In this document: piece after piece, positions 42,772 through 56,745 of the stretch
Position numbering within the stretch: position 1 is the stretch's first letter
Layout of the letters: each line of letters opens with the position of its first letter
Source of the DNA: Saccostrea cucullata
Lineage: Eukaryota
DNA length: 64,000 bases
Direction of reading: 5' to 3'
NCBI RefSeq assembly: GCF_032062105.1
Contig: NW_026931011.1
Coordinates: forward strand, 248,001 to 312,000
The notes under the pieces: model-generated
Databases searched by the model: none
Seen by the model: only the letters and a program-made list of their open reading frames with translations
Told to the model about the DNA's origin: nothing
Position numbers and translations under genes: made by a program

Positions 42772-45700
42772 AGACAAGACAAATTTTGGAAAAGCGGGGC
42801 CAGGTGAGCTAAAAATTGGCAAAACGGCCCTCCAAAAGTTTGCCATAGAGGAATGAACATCACACCCGCCGTGTATTTGAGAATTAAACATCATGCTCAA
42901 ATGCTTAACATATTTTAAAAGTAATAAAAGTTTCTTCTTTGGTGAATTACGAATTTTATATCATGAGTTGACTTGTCCAAGTTTTAATCCATTTTATATA
43001 AGATGATCCATTTTATAAAGATGCCTTGCAATATCGTCGATTATCAGGTACACATTGTGTTTTCTTTAGGGTATTCCCCCCCCCACACACACACACACAC
43101 ACCCTCTCCTTCACAAGAATCGCACGTTTCCTGTCATGCACCAAACGATGAATTCAAAATATAGCCTTAGAAGTCATGAGGATTTGTTCCATTTTTCATA
43201 TAATTTTGCCAGCAAGCTTTCCTTGTAGTCTATTTGTTAGCATCGTCGAAAACCACGACCAAAATGTCGGACCCTCTCGATCCCATTCTGCGCTATATAA
43301 GGAGTCCGGACTGTGGCTTGAGACGATGACTTGTTAGATACAAATTATAAGATAAACATGACCATAAAATCTCAGTCATATTGAAAAGTCGTCAAACTCG
43401 GATGGCTATGTTGAAATTTGGCATTCATCATTTCAAAGGCACAGATTTATGGTCTCCACAAAAAAATCCACAAAATTGAAAAGAAATTGGAAAACTCTCT
43501 GCACATAAATTTCTAAACTCTTTGATTTTTTTATTTATAGATAGGTGGTTAAGACTAACTGAAGTGGTTTAATGCTTAGGTGCCACAAATTTTGATAACT
43601 TTTCAACAGCTTAATTGAGATAAGAATCTTAACCGCTCATTGTATATTTTACTGCAAATCAAGATTTAAATGCACAGTGATTTAAAGACATGATAGCTAG
43701 TATTCAAAAAGCAATGCATATCATATGCATTTGTTAAATGTTTTAAAAATTATTTATGATGGATAACTAAAAAATGAAAGTAATATTATGGAACCACTTT
43801 TTACATTTAAGGGTAACCATTAAAGTCTTTGGGTTAATAGAATTATCTTCAAAACTAATATAGAAAGTTGAACTAAAAACGGATTAATACTTGATTAAAT
43901 CGGGTATATAGAGCAAATCGGTGTAACCTGAAAATGGAAATACAAGTTACCTAATACAGCGTACGTTAATCTCCGACTGATATTTATGTTTTAAACCTGA
44001 CAATCGGTCCTATAGATCTCTTGACTTCTATTTGTAGAATACTTCAATTCGCGATCAAAAACTACCCGTTCTGATTTTTGTTTGGCTGCCTTTTTGGAGG
44101 GTACCCGTTTTTGTCTATTTGTTACATACCATTACTTATCAAGTGTACCAATACACAGAAATGCTTTTACGAGTTGTCCTTGTATCGGACTGATATTGGC
44201 AGATTGTGTGTTAAGGGTTTATAGATCTGTTGACACATTGTATCAGTTTAATAAACTTTAAAGCTTTATTTTTTAAGTGCATTTTATTACATTCAAGTTT
44301 TCTGTTTTCCTGATCCGTGATTTAAGAATTCCTTGGGTGATATATTAAAATTAGAAGTTTATGTCTAATATTTTCACCCGGAATATAAATCCGTTCTTTT
44401 ACTGTTTAAAAATCTTCTAAGTGTTCATATCCAGTTCGTGCAGACACCTTATCTACACGGGAGGTTATGCGGAGGAATAAAAACCAGGGATTGGATTTCA
44501 GTTGCCATTTTCTTGCTTTTCACCATAGAAGAATCATTTCTGCAAAATTTCTCTCTTGTATATCCCGGGATTCAGGATTTATAATTAGCTGATTAGAATT
44601 TCAACACATTTAATTCGAGTCTGTGTCTGCACTTTGATAATTAAGCTTTGGATTTTAACTTTTTAAATGTGAGTGGTAAGCTTTTGTGTGCATAAATTAA
44701 GATTTTTCACCTTTGACCAATATAAAAAGAAAATATACACCGTGCCGTAAAGTAAAAACTTACAAGTTGACACGGATGACACATATTATAAAGTTTGGTT
44801 AAATGTCTAATTTCTTTTTCATTTCTAAACACATATCAAGGTTTTTTTTTTAAAAAAAAAATATTCTTTTTTTTCCATATATCAAAAAATTAAGGTGGTC
44901 TTTTCAAGGATTAAGCAATGATTTGATTTCTCATTTCAGGCTCTTCGACTCTCCCCTGCGGATGTTAAATCGCTGGTTTACCGCTCAAAGTGTCACAAAA
45001 AGTTAAGAAACGTCAGAAAAGCAATAGATGATGTGGATACCGCACTCCACATCCACAATCTAAGTAAAGAGGTATGTATCTGTGATCCACAATCTAAGTA
45101 AAAAGGTATTTATCTGTGATCCACAGTCTAAGTAAGGAGGTGTTTATCTGTGATCCACAATCTAAGTAAAGAGATATGTATCTGTATCCACAGTCTAAGT
45201 AAGGAGGTATTTATCTGTGATCCACAATCTAAGTAAAGAGGTATGTATCTGTATCCACAGTCTAAGTAAGGAGGTATTTATCTGTGATCCACAATCTAAG
45301 TAAAGAGGTATTTATCTGTGATCCACAATCTAAGTAAAGAGGTATGTATGTGTGATCCACAATCTAAGTAAAGAGGTATTTATCTGTGATCCACAATCTA
45401 AGTAAAGAGGTATGTATCTGTGATCCACAATCTGTAAGTAAGTCTAAGTAAGGTATTTATCTGTGATCCACAATCTAAGTAAAGAGGTATGTATGTGTGA
45501 TCCACAATCTAAGTAAAGAGGTATGTATGTGTGATCCACAATCTAAGTAAAGAGGTATGTATCTGTGATCCACAATCTAAGTAAAGAGGTATGTATCTGT
45601 GATCCACAATCTAAGTACGGAGGTACGTATGTGTGATCCACAATCTAAGTAAAGAGGTATGTATCTGTGATCTACAATCTAAGTAAAGAGGTATGTATCT

Positions 45701-48700
45701 GTGATCCACAATCTAAGTAAGGAGGTACGTATGTGTGATCCACAATCTAAGTAAAGAGGTATGTATCTGTGATCTACAATCTAAGTAAAGAGGTATGTAT
45801 CTGTGATCTACAATCTAAGTAAAGAGGTACGTATCTGTGATCTACAATGCAAGTAAAGAGGTATGTATCTGTGATCCACAATCTAAGTAAAGAGGTATTT
45901 ATCTGTGATCCACAATCTAAGTAAAGAGGTATTTATCTGTGATCCACAATCTAAGTAAAGAGGTATTTATCTGTGATCCACAATCTAAGTATTAAGAGGT
46001 ATGTATGTGTGATCCACAATCTAAGTAAAGAGGTATGTATCTGTGATCCACAATCTAAGTAAAGAGGTATTTATCTGTGATCCACAATCTAAGTAAAGAG
46101 GTATTTATCTGTGATCCACAATCTAAGTAAAGAGGTATTTATGTGTGTTCCACAATCTAAGTAAAAAGGTATTTATCTGTGATCCACAATCTAAGTAAAG
46201 AGGTATGTATCTGTGATCCACAATCTAAGTAAAGAGGTATTTATCTGTGATCCACAATCTAGGTAAAGAGGTATGTATCTGTATCCACAATCTAAGTAAA
46301 GAGGTATTTATCTGTGATCTACAATCTAAGTAAAGAGGTATGTATCTGTGATCTACAATCTAAGTAAATAGGTATTTATATGTGATCTACAATCTAAGTA
46401 AAGAGGTATGTATCTGTGACCCACAATCTAAGTAAAGAGGTATGTATCTGTGACCCACAATCTAAGTTAGAAGGTATGTATGTGTGACCCACAATCTAAG
46501 TAAAGAGTTATTTATGTGTGATCCACAATCTAAGTAAGGAGGTATTTATCTGTGATCCACAATCTAAGTAAGGAGGTATTTATCTGTGATCCACAATCTA
46601 AGTAAAGAGGTATGTATCTGTGATCCACAATCTAAGTAAAGAGGTATGTATCTGTGACCCACAATCTAAGTAAAGAGGTATTTATCTGTGATCCACAATC
46701 TAAGTAAGGAGGTATTTATATGTGATCCACAATCTAAGTAAAGAGGTATTTATCTGTGACCCACAATCTAAGTAAAGAGGTATGTATCTGTGACCCACAA
46801 TCTAAGTAAAGAGGTATGTATCTGTGACCCACAATCTAAGTAAAGAGGTATTTATCTGTGATCCACAATCTACGTACGGAGGTATGTATGTGTAATCCAC
46901 AATCTTGTACTTGTACTTATATCTGTGAAATAAAATTTATAAATTAAGATGGAGATATGACTCTTATTTACAAAGGTATAGAAATTTCATAATTTATTCG
47001 ACTGTATTATTATGTAGATACAAGGATACAGGAAAATGTATTTTTCTGAAGAAATATAAAGGGCTATCAAATTTTTATGCAGATCTCTTCAAGTACTCAG
47101 AAAAAAACTGTTTATTAAATGTTTGACCTCAAAGGAGAAATGGTTCAATGTTTTATATGAATTTCTTTTAAAAGGAAGGGGGTAAATATGATTGACAATA
47201 GATTGTCAATAGCAAATCATTTCTCATGAAGTGTGCAAATTTTCTCATGAAGTGTTCAAATTTGTTTGCATCAATTTTATCTAGATATAGGAAATATATA
47301 GGAATAAATATTCGAAATAACAATGAGACCTGACTGCTAGCTCGATTGCAAATTAAACGACATAATATAAAATACCCCCACGACACTCAGTGACCGTTAA
47401 AGGCCATGCACCTTTTGTTCTGGTATATGTAAATGATTTTATACATTTTTCATTTCTATTCTGTCCTTTCAATTTTCGTTTTTTTTTTTTTTGTTAATCC
47501 ATTCTTGTTTTTTAATGAACGATGCAACACACTGAAGTAAAATCAATCATTCAAGATCAGATCCCATTGATCTTTCACTATAGTTCATGCATAAATCTGA
47601 AAAATAATCAGAGATTGAAAATGAAGGTATTTAAATTATTAATTTTTCAGAATCGTTGAATAGAAAGCGGAAACTGATTTAAAGTTGTGATTTATCAAAT
47701 CCATTTCTCTGACCGGTGATAATAATTTACATTTGATAATTTAATTCCCTCCCTCTCTCTTCTGTAGTGTCTGGTTGTACTTATATATTTTTAATGGCTT
47801 TCCAGGCGATAAAACTGCGATTATAGGTTTCATGTTATCATAATTGATATCTCAGGTGAATTTTATTGTCAATGAAATCCATTTAAACGGATTAAGCATA
47901 TTCGTCCCCATGGGCTTGTTGAAATATTCAAAACGTCACTTTGAAAAACCTATCATAATCCATTTTTGAGCACTTGACGAAGAATTGCTCCCGTTTTCAT
48001 TCTAACCACGTGCTAAATTTAAAACGGCAACAAGACATTGATTGTTCCAGTACATAAAAGGCTTTAGAAAAACCAACATCTACATGGCTATAAAACATGG
48101 ACATTGATTGGAATTGAGAATATACACGTGTGATTATTTTTAAAATTTTCTTTTGGACAGTAAAATGAATTTTCTTTCAAATAAATGTACTGCTGTGATT
48201 ACGATGCAGTTATGCCAGATTTATACGTGAAATACATGTATAACCATTTGATGAAGTAAGAATGACACCATGTCCTTTTTATTCTTGCACCAAGTTTTCA
48301 CAAACTCCGTACCGTGTCAATTTTCTGGGACCACAGTCCCTAGGATTATTGTAGTTGAATAGCTGTTTGGATCTTGAAACCAACTTCCTCGCACGTACAT
48401 TTTCAATTTTTTTATTCTCAGTTTTTTGGATTTAAACTTTTTTTGGTAAGATTTCTACTTTTTTTTTTTTTATATGCATAAAGTATATTATTAATTTTAC
48501 TTTGTTTTTTTAAAATATGCATAAAATAAATCATTAACATTTAGAAAAAAGTTTAATATATTTGTTGTAAAAACCAAACTGATCTTCACATTTTCCATTG
48601 ATCGGTTTTATTTAAATCGCTATAAACTAAAGAACTTTCGTTGAATTGCTTACATTAACGTGTTAAGTTTTATATCCGTATTGACTTTATATGGAAGGTT

Positions 48701-50949
48701 TTCTCAAATTTACAAGCAACAAAAGACGGATGTTTAATTTATCAGTTAAACAGTGGTCAATGTTGCTATCACAGGTAGCGTTATAGCAGAAATAAAACTT
48801 ATCTAAACTTTATTGATTAATATTCAACAAATACCTAGATTTTGAAAAATAGAATTCAAATCGATGAAAAATGAGTTTGATATAGAAATCTAGCTCATAA
48901 GTTTTATTGAACTGCTCATTAATTTGGGAAATAGCAGGTGTGCATTCTTACATAGGTTTGAGACAAGCATTAAATATTGAGGTTAATGAAAGAGACATTT
49001 GGAATTTATTGATATGAAAAATAAAATAGGATTAAAGGTTGTGAACTTGTGATGCTGGTAAAAATATACAGCATATATAAATAGAAAGACACATGTTCCG
49101 TTGATTTTCAAGTACCATGTATATATATAAACTATCGCTTCATCTCTTATTGTTTTTTTTTTTACCAGACATCTTTGGTCGAGTCAGAGTCTTTTATAGT
49201 CCTTTTTGAAAAATACTCATTTATTCTTTGAAAATTACCCACATTACATTTTCAAACTTTAGATGGGATACATCAACCTCCGGTTATGGTGGAAACCTAG
49301 AGATTTACTAATTTTTCGTTGCGATAAAATGTAAAATTTCAGTGAAAAAAACAGACCCTTCACATTCCTGTAGTTTTCTTATGTACACTGGGATAAAATT
49401 CATAGTTTGAAGATAGGCGTTGAAAATTCTGAGTGTCCCTTTCAAAGAAAAAATGCAGACAACTTCAATTTTCAAAATCACAAAATTACTGTTAACTAAA
49501 AATGCCCTAGTTTTGTTCAATTGATGGGAATTCTTTGTCTTCAGAAAACTTAGAAAAATATACCTTAACTTTGATTGATAAACCTAGAAATTATTGATAT
49601 ACTTCAACCACTGGCACAGGTGTACTAAACGTAGGTACATGTATGAGTACATTGGTATTACAACGTTTAAGTATGAGGGAAATTTATAGGGCTTGGACTA
49701 TACAACTTTTTCTATATCGATACGTATCAAGATATTTGAGCTACGATACGATATGTATCACGATATGTTTAATTGCATATAAAAATTTTTTTTGCATTGA
49801 AATAAACCAATTATTTCTTTGCAAATGAAAATAATTTATTCAAAATAGTTGTTTATATGTTGTAAAACAAAAATATTTTACTCCAGTAGTGTTAATTATT
49901 ATTTATTTCATATCTATATCTATATTTAACTTATCTATTTTATATTTTAAACCCCAAATGTTAAATAAACAAAGAAAAACAGAGGTCAGATTTTTTTGGG
50001 CGATATTTCGATATCTTTTCAAATGTATCGATATGTGTATCGTCCTCACATATATCACGATATATCGATATCTCGATATATCGTCCCAGCCCTAGAAATT
50101 AAGTGTTCCAGTGGTCTCTTTGTTTTTGTCTTGTAGATAGTGCTAACGTATATATATCATCTCAGTAGTGATTGAATATTTATCTTTTTTTTTTTAATAT
50201 ACATTTGTTTTTGATAAAGTCCCATCAAAAAGGTACTAGTACATCAAAGAGATCTGGCGATTCCATACAAATGAAAGATATTCTAATACGTATTACTGGA
50301 GAAATATTATGGAGATATTGTCATGCGTGCAGATAACATAAAATGTTCATTTTTAATACATCAAATAATCCGATTTTCCCTTTATTTACATGTATTTATA
50401 TTTGTCAGTGTTACATATAGTAGTGGACTTTTTTCACAATATGATTATTTTGTCCGCTAAGAAATGATCTTGCAAACCTTGTATTGAGGACTCTTTATTG
50501 AAAATGATTGAGATCAAGGTCAAAGCGATTAAATGAAACCGAAAATATCCTTTATCGACATGTAGCTTTATAATAGTTTCATTTCTTTAGACACTGCCAC
50601 TATGTCTAGAACCGTTCATTTCAAAAAGAAAAAAAGTAATTTCAGTGTTAGCGAATGTTGATCTGCCAACAGCTTTCATTGCAACAGATCAATTAAAATT
50701 GCTACTCCGAATGTCTTTTTAAAAATCTGCTCGTAGACTTTGTTGAAAGAATGACGGAGAAATATCATTAAATCTTTTCAAAATTACATAGATACTAGTA
50801 TTTTAAACGAGTAATATATCGAAATAAACCATGGTAAATGTATTTGTTTTGAATTTAATTTTCAACGTTTGATCTTCTTTAGGTCTGTCTTGAAGAACAA
50901 TATACATGTACATGCACACAAGTCTATTAACAGTTCAGTCGTGTTTCGT

Positions 50950-50981
<32 letters not shown>

Positions 50982-53900
50982 AAGAGAGCTATATATACCA
51001 CTGAGTGTGTCTATTACAGGCGCTTCTGCAGAAGGCTAGTCTCCTATACCAGTCCTCTAACTATGAACTAGCGCTGGTCTACTACAGCAGGGGGCACAAA
51101 CACTATCCCCAAAACAAGGACTTCATCATAGGAAAAGAGAAAGCAGAGATGGGTATCAATAAAGGCAGAAAAAGCCGAGGTATTTGTATATGTACATATT
51201 CTAAGCATTATTCAATCCCATTTAGAATCTGAACTCTACAGATATCTAATAATATACAAGTATGTTTTTTTTTGCAGGGAGGCGCATGAAATTGACAGAG
51301 GCTGGTGATCTGACATATTTAGTCCACAAAGTGGTTAGTGTCTATGTTTAATTAGAGTATTGCTCCACTCAGAACCACTGGCTTTACATCTCGATAAACT
51401 TGAGTATTTATTTCAGCCACATGCTCAACCGTTCTCGTGGAAGAAGCCAGAATCCAAATCCCAGAACTCGCTGGTTCCCAGCGCCACCTTCAACACCCGC
51501 CCACTTTGTCAACTGATCCGGATCCACAAGACGCCGTCAGTGAGTCTGTCCCAGGCGGAAACCCCCCACGACGAGAATGATGACGACAGCACCGTACTGA
51601 ATTATGACGAAAAACGACCGGAAAGTCGTGTGGTAAAAAAAACCATGGGAAAATTATACAGTGACAAAAAGTATCTACAACATTTAATAGAGGATGACCA
51701 GTTCCCAGGTATGAAAATATTGCATGTCTCAGTTCTGTAACGATTTTCACCGTAGATTCCAAAAAGCCCCTTGACGTTCCCCAGTTCCTGACATTTTCCT
51801 GTCTCTCTCTGACATTCTTCTATGAAAACCTGTCCTTGTACCTGATTACCCTGTCTACTCCTGGCGTACTCTGACTTTCTGATTTATTATATACTCATTC
51901 TGGTTAACTGCTACTGTAGGTATTTACAGTGTATATATGTATATTGGTATACCGCTAGTAGTTGGTGTGTCCATAAAAAATTAAAAACAGTGTACTTTAC
52001 ATTTCTTATTTTTTTCTGCAGCTGTCATGGGAAGCTCTGGAAGCCCGGTGGGTGACATAGCAGAAGATGGATTTCACTTTTTGTTAGACCGCGCAGCTTA
52101 CTGGGATCGGTTAGGACCACTTCCGCCTCCACCACCTGCGCGGAGATTCCGAAGTCGTTTCAGCGGAAGTACCTTGTCCATGAACTCATTAGATAGTTTC
52201 AAAACGACAGACACAAAAGCGTCATGGAAATCCACAGACTCGACAAAAACATTGAAAACGACAAAATCATCCAGATATTCGTTTAGTAGCAAGAAGGAGA
52301 AATCTAGTCCTAAACCCGATCCCAGTAAAGTGGAATTTAAATTCCCGTCTATCAGACTTTTTGATGATTTCCATCAAAGAATGATGACAGAAATCGCAGA
52401 AGAACAAGAAACAGATGAATCAGCAAACAGAACATCAGATTCAGAGGCGGATCAAAACCAAGAAGACACGGCCAAGAAATCTGTGATGGAATACATGAAG
52501 AAAGAAATGAACGCGATTGATGAAGGTAATGGGAAATTTAAATTCGAATTTTTACCTAATCATGAACAACAATAGATGTTATGATAAAACACTTCCCTTT
52601 TCTATTAGATTTCAGATCCAATAAATTTCGAAATGTTCAGGACAGATGCGAGGCTTGTCTGGAACTTCTAGGACGTTACTATGAAACAGAAATTCCGGAT
52701 AAGTTTGAAATGGTATCGAATTTGTATAGTTACCTTGGTAACGCTTCAATGCAGCTTGGTAAACTGGACTTGGCGCTCAAGTATCACCAATTGGACCTTA
52801 GCATTGGAGAACAGCTGTAAGTTATGATTTTTATTTTTATTTTTATTTTTGCAAAATAGCTTCATTTCTCATTGTTAACATAATACCGGTTCTCCAAATT
52901 GTTTCGTATTATGTTTATAGGGATAGGAGGAATATCCGGTACAGAGCCCTGGGAAATACTGGACGAGTTTTCATGATGAAGGGAAAACACAAGAAAGCAC
53001 TCGATATGTAAGCCCTAGGTTTTTTGTTTCTCGTATATGATAAAAATTTAAACAAACAATAGTATTAAAATCGAACATTCTGAAAAAACATGCAGATTTT
53101 TTGGGAACGATCTTTTCAATATAGGTTTGTAACTTGAAGATCTTAAGATTTAAGTTTATTGTGAAGTGTTGTCTTAATCCAGAACGCTTGGTTGTAATCA
53201 ATTTATTGTCTTTTCTATATATATTTCAACACTAAAGAAAGCACCTCATAATAAATTTTAATGATAAAAGGTTTATAAGAAAAGCCCCACTCTGCAACAC
53301 TCCGCGGGAGACGGCTTCTCTGTTCCACGAGATTGGTAACTGTTTTCTGATGCTGAACAACTTCCACAGCGCCAGAGAATCCGGAAGGAAATCAATGAAA
53401 GCCGCAGAAGAGGCTGGGAACGTGCAACAACAGCTTCAGGCATGCGTACTTGTGGGTCTAGCAGAAGGTGAGGAAAATAGGACTTTATAGGCAGAATATG
53501 AAAAAAATGTCAAATCATTTTTGACAGAAAGAAATTTTGCATTTCTTAAGTAGACTGTTAGATGACAGATAATGCTTCCCAGAATAATTTGGGTTTTTTT
53601 TTTATATGCAATGCATTTTTATACCAGTTAAACTATGAAGGATAACACTGATACTTTTGTTTTAGTTAACATGAAGAAGTATGAGAGGGCTCATAGTTCT
53701 TTTGAGAGGGCCCTGGATTATGCCAAATCCTTGGGTAAGTATGAGAGAAAAAAAATGTAATAATAAATCTTTTTACTCTACCCGCGGACTAAAAAAATAT
53801 ATATTAAAAGTATCAAAATAGGCTCTACTTTATACATTCATACGGTGAGATATGCGTCACTTCCGTTGCTTCCTATCAGCTCATAGCAACTCCTTTCGAT

Positions 53901-54314
53901 TTCTAAGATTTATATTCAGAAAGATAAGATGCACCGCTGGAAACCGAGTTCCTGTAGTGTAAAGACGTTTATTTTGTTTATTTCAGTTCTTCTTTATAAA
54001 TTGCAACAGACACTTTTCTCCCCAGTTTTTGATAGCACCTGCTGACATCTTTTGTAAAATATATACCGGTATATAAAATTAAGTTATAAAATTTTATGAA
54101 ATTTTGACAGCATGTTATGAATGACATTGATTCCGTGTTCATTTTCAATGCAGGCGACGAGAGAGCGGAACTAGCCATGAAGAAAGCCCTGGTTGATGTC
54201 AACAGAAAAATCGCACTGAAGATAAAAAAGAACAATAGTTCACATGTAAAAGTGGCGCAGACGTACCCCGACTCTGACGTCAGTACTGCCAGAACGTCCA
54301 TATTGGTGGAATGA
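41552..54314 (+). CDS. Divergent tandem ODAD4/TTC25-like paralog, 662 aa, 11 coding exons
   Basis: Exons 41552-41674, 44940-45071, 51020-51179, 51278-51333, 51417-51708, 52022-52525, 52609-52816, 52921-53007, 53271-53467, 53666-53734 and 54154-54314 (1989 nt, open). Intron phases match ODAD4, and exons 2, 7, 8, 9 and 10 have the same lengths (132/208/87/197/69). Motifs YYSRGHK, KLYSDKKYLQHL and LFHEIGNC. Confidence 0.88.
41944..42815 (+). repeat. Second Helentron/pearl-like element with Cg170-type satellite units (intron 1 of ODAD4 paralog)
   Basis: Same 5' end, 166-bp units, (ACG/ACA)n tract and CAGGTGAGCTAAAAA end as 28185-29485. The 3' part is scrambled. Confidence 0.8.
45051..46905 (+). 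repeat. 34-bp minisatellite (~54 copies) made of the exon-2 3' end plus splice donor
   Basis: Unit ATCCACAATCTAAGTAAAGAG|GTATGTATCTGTG. The first unit overlaps the coding exon end at 45071. Confidence 0.95.
49687..50094. mobile_element. hAT-like MITE
   Basis: TAGGGCTTGGAC... / ...GTCCCAGCCCTA, CGATA subterminal repeats and a near-perfect 8-bp TSD GAAATTTA / GAAATTAA. Confidence 0.75.
50951..50979. repeat. (AG)n microsatellite
   Basis: About 14 AG units ending ~40 nt upstream of the exon-3 acceptor of the ODAD4 paralog. Confidence 0.9.
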
Positions 54315-55351
54315 AATTAACTGATTAACTGTCAGAAATAAACAGTCTAGACAGACGTGAGAGGACAATACAAATAAATATGTTTTAAAAAACAGAGCTA
54401 ATGCACTTTACTACTATAATTCTTGATTTTTTTTTTTACATTTTCAATGATTTAATATTAACATTTTCTGTCACATTATTATAAGGACATATACATTGTT
54501 ATTCGTTATTATAAATGCGACTTTGTCGTCTCAGTGAATTTGCATGGCGAGAATGTACGCGTCAATATTGTGAGCACATGTCTACCAAGTACATGTATAT
54601 GTTTGTATATTTTGTTGCACTTAATCATGCTATTTATGTTGTTGTTACTGTTTACCTATGTGACTACGGATAATGTAACATTATTGTTATGACTTGTTAT
54701 ATATTACAATTTCGATTTTGTCTCCTGTAAGCCAGTATTAAATAAGGACATTTACAATGCAGTATAAAACATGGATAGATCAGTATTATTTTATGTATGC
54801 AAATTGTAGAGGTAAAAGTATTTAAATATGTGTACATGTTTTACATGGAAAAGGAACCATGAATCTACTGATATGCCATATGAATAAAATAATGAAACTC
54901 AGTTTCGAAAATTGTCATTGAAGTTAGCAAAACCCGTTTTTGTGCAGATAACGTCAGGCTTATGTTTCAAATAAAATTGATAACAAAAAAAAAAAGGAAA
55001 AGTTCAATTTAAAAAAAAAACAACGCTGAAAGCCAGCAAGAAAATTAAATTCCCACAAATCTCCCCAACTTATTAGATTAAATAACTGCTCAAATGTCCA
55101 AATATTACATTAAATTCAGTATAATCAGTGTGCTGACACGTATCCCTCAATTCAATATAACTAACTCTATGGATTATATTTATGCGAGACCACTGTCAAT
55201 ATTTGCATTCCACGTCATCGGAGTTATTAAGGATTCTTATACATATTATTCTAAAAGCAAAACGCTTGAGCAGCTTTATATCTCATATTAAAGTTATCTG
55301 GAATAGACATTAATCAAAAAGTCAAAACGGAACATCGTTTACAGGTGTATA

Positions 55352-56424
55352 CGAGGGTTGATCCAAGAGTAATGTCACTGTGTCCATATCTTTAATATTT
55401 GGCGTCACATTATCAAATATAATGCACCAAAAGATGCAGAAAAATAAATCTAATCCAAATTGAAAATTTCATTTAATAATGTTTAATTGAATTCATTATA
55501 TTTACGTTTAATACGTTAAACATAGGGGGTGTCTTCGCGTCAAAACTAAACGTCACGTTTTAAAGTGTATATTGTTAGAATAAAGAAGACCAACACATTT
55601 TTAAAAAGGCAATTTAAAAAGCGTCTAATCGCCCAACATTTTAAAACAGACAAAATTGACGACAATTTCTAGTCTTTATGTAATAATAAAGTGGCGACAT
55701 TGTTTTTTTTCATCATAAACATTGTTACTATATCTGATGTTTTGAAGAAAGGAAATGTCGAAATGGAATAAAACGCCGAACTGAGTTTTAATGCGTTTTT
55801 CCTTCAAAATCGGGAAATCGCCAGTAGAGACAGTTTATACGATGGTAAATCAGACTCGCAAAAGAAATAATGTTTAAACGAGACTTGTTCATAGATGATT
55901 TCAGAGATTTTGGGCGGGTCATGGGTAATTAATTGATCAACTAGGGACAGAAAGATCAAAAGATACGAGGTCGGGTGGAAATGTTCAGTGGCGTCGACGT
56001 TGTCAAAAAAGAGATTCGAGTCACGCGGTTTGAGTGATACATTGTATGAGAAACTTTTAAGTTTGTCTTATGGTACTCAGTGTTCAAAGACTAAATTAAT
56101 GATAGAGTGTACAATTGGTGATAATAATTCTTAAAGAAAGTTAAATGTGTGAATATGTTTTTAAATATCAATTATTTTAATGAAACGATGGGAGGAGTTT
56201 TTAAAACTGTGTGACGGCGCATATCCGTTTTTGAGGTGTGGCGACTACCATAATTGCACTTTGTATATAATTCGATATTTTGAAAAGTATGAATCATTTC
56301 AATTTGAATTTTTTAGGACTGATTTGAAATACATGTAGCTACCATCAGGTATAATTTTGATAATTTACGTTGACTAGAAGCAATTTTTATCGGAGTTGTG
56401 ACATTACTTTTGGATCAACCCTCG
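55352..56424. mobile_element. Defective Tc1/mariner-type transposon
   Basis: TA-CGAGGGTTGATCCAAGAGTAATGTCAC ... GTGACATTACTTTTGGATCAACCCTCG-TA (27-bp TIRs, TA TSD). The interior is decayed, with no intact ORF. Confidence 0.85.
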
Positions 56425-56745
56425 TACATGTAAATGAATATTTCTTATTTGCTTTGAAGCATATTTAACGAGTGCGACTTTATTGATAACTTTTAATCCT
56501 CTACAGTACAGATGCACTCATTTCAAAACTGTATGGTAGAAATGTTGACCGATAAAAAAAAACTTGTTATTTGTTTCCAAATGTATTTTATTTCTCACAA
56601 AATTCAAAGTCAGAAAATACAATTAAAACTCAAAACAACGCTTTTAGAATTAAACTATGAACTCTTCAAATTTTATTTAAAAATAAATAAGCAATCAAAA
56701 TTGACACCTTTTCCCTTCCTGTGATACACGTAATGTATTACGTGT

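Noticed and set aside
45051-46905. CRISPR-like array (34-bp period)
   Set aside because: The units are contiguous with no unique spacers, no cas genes are present, the context is eukaryotic, and the unit derives from the adjacent exon junction.
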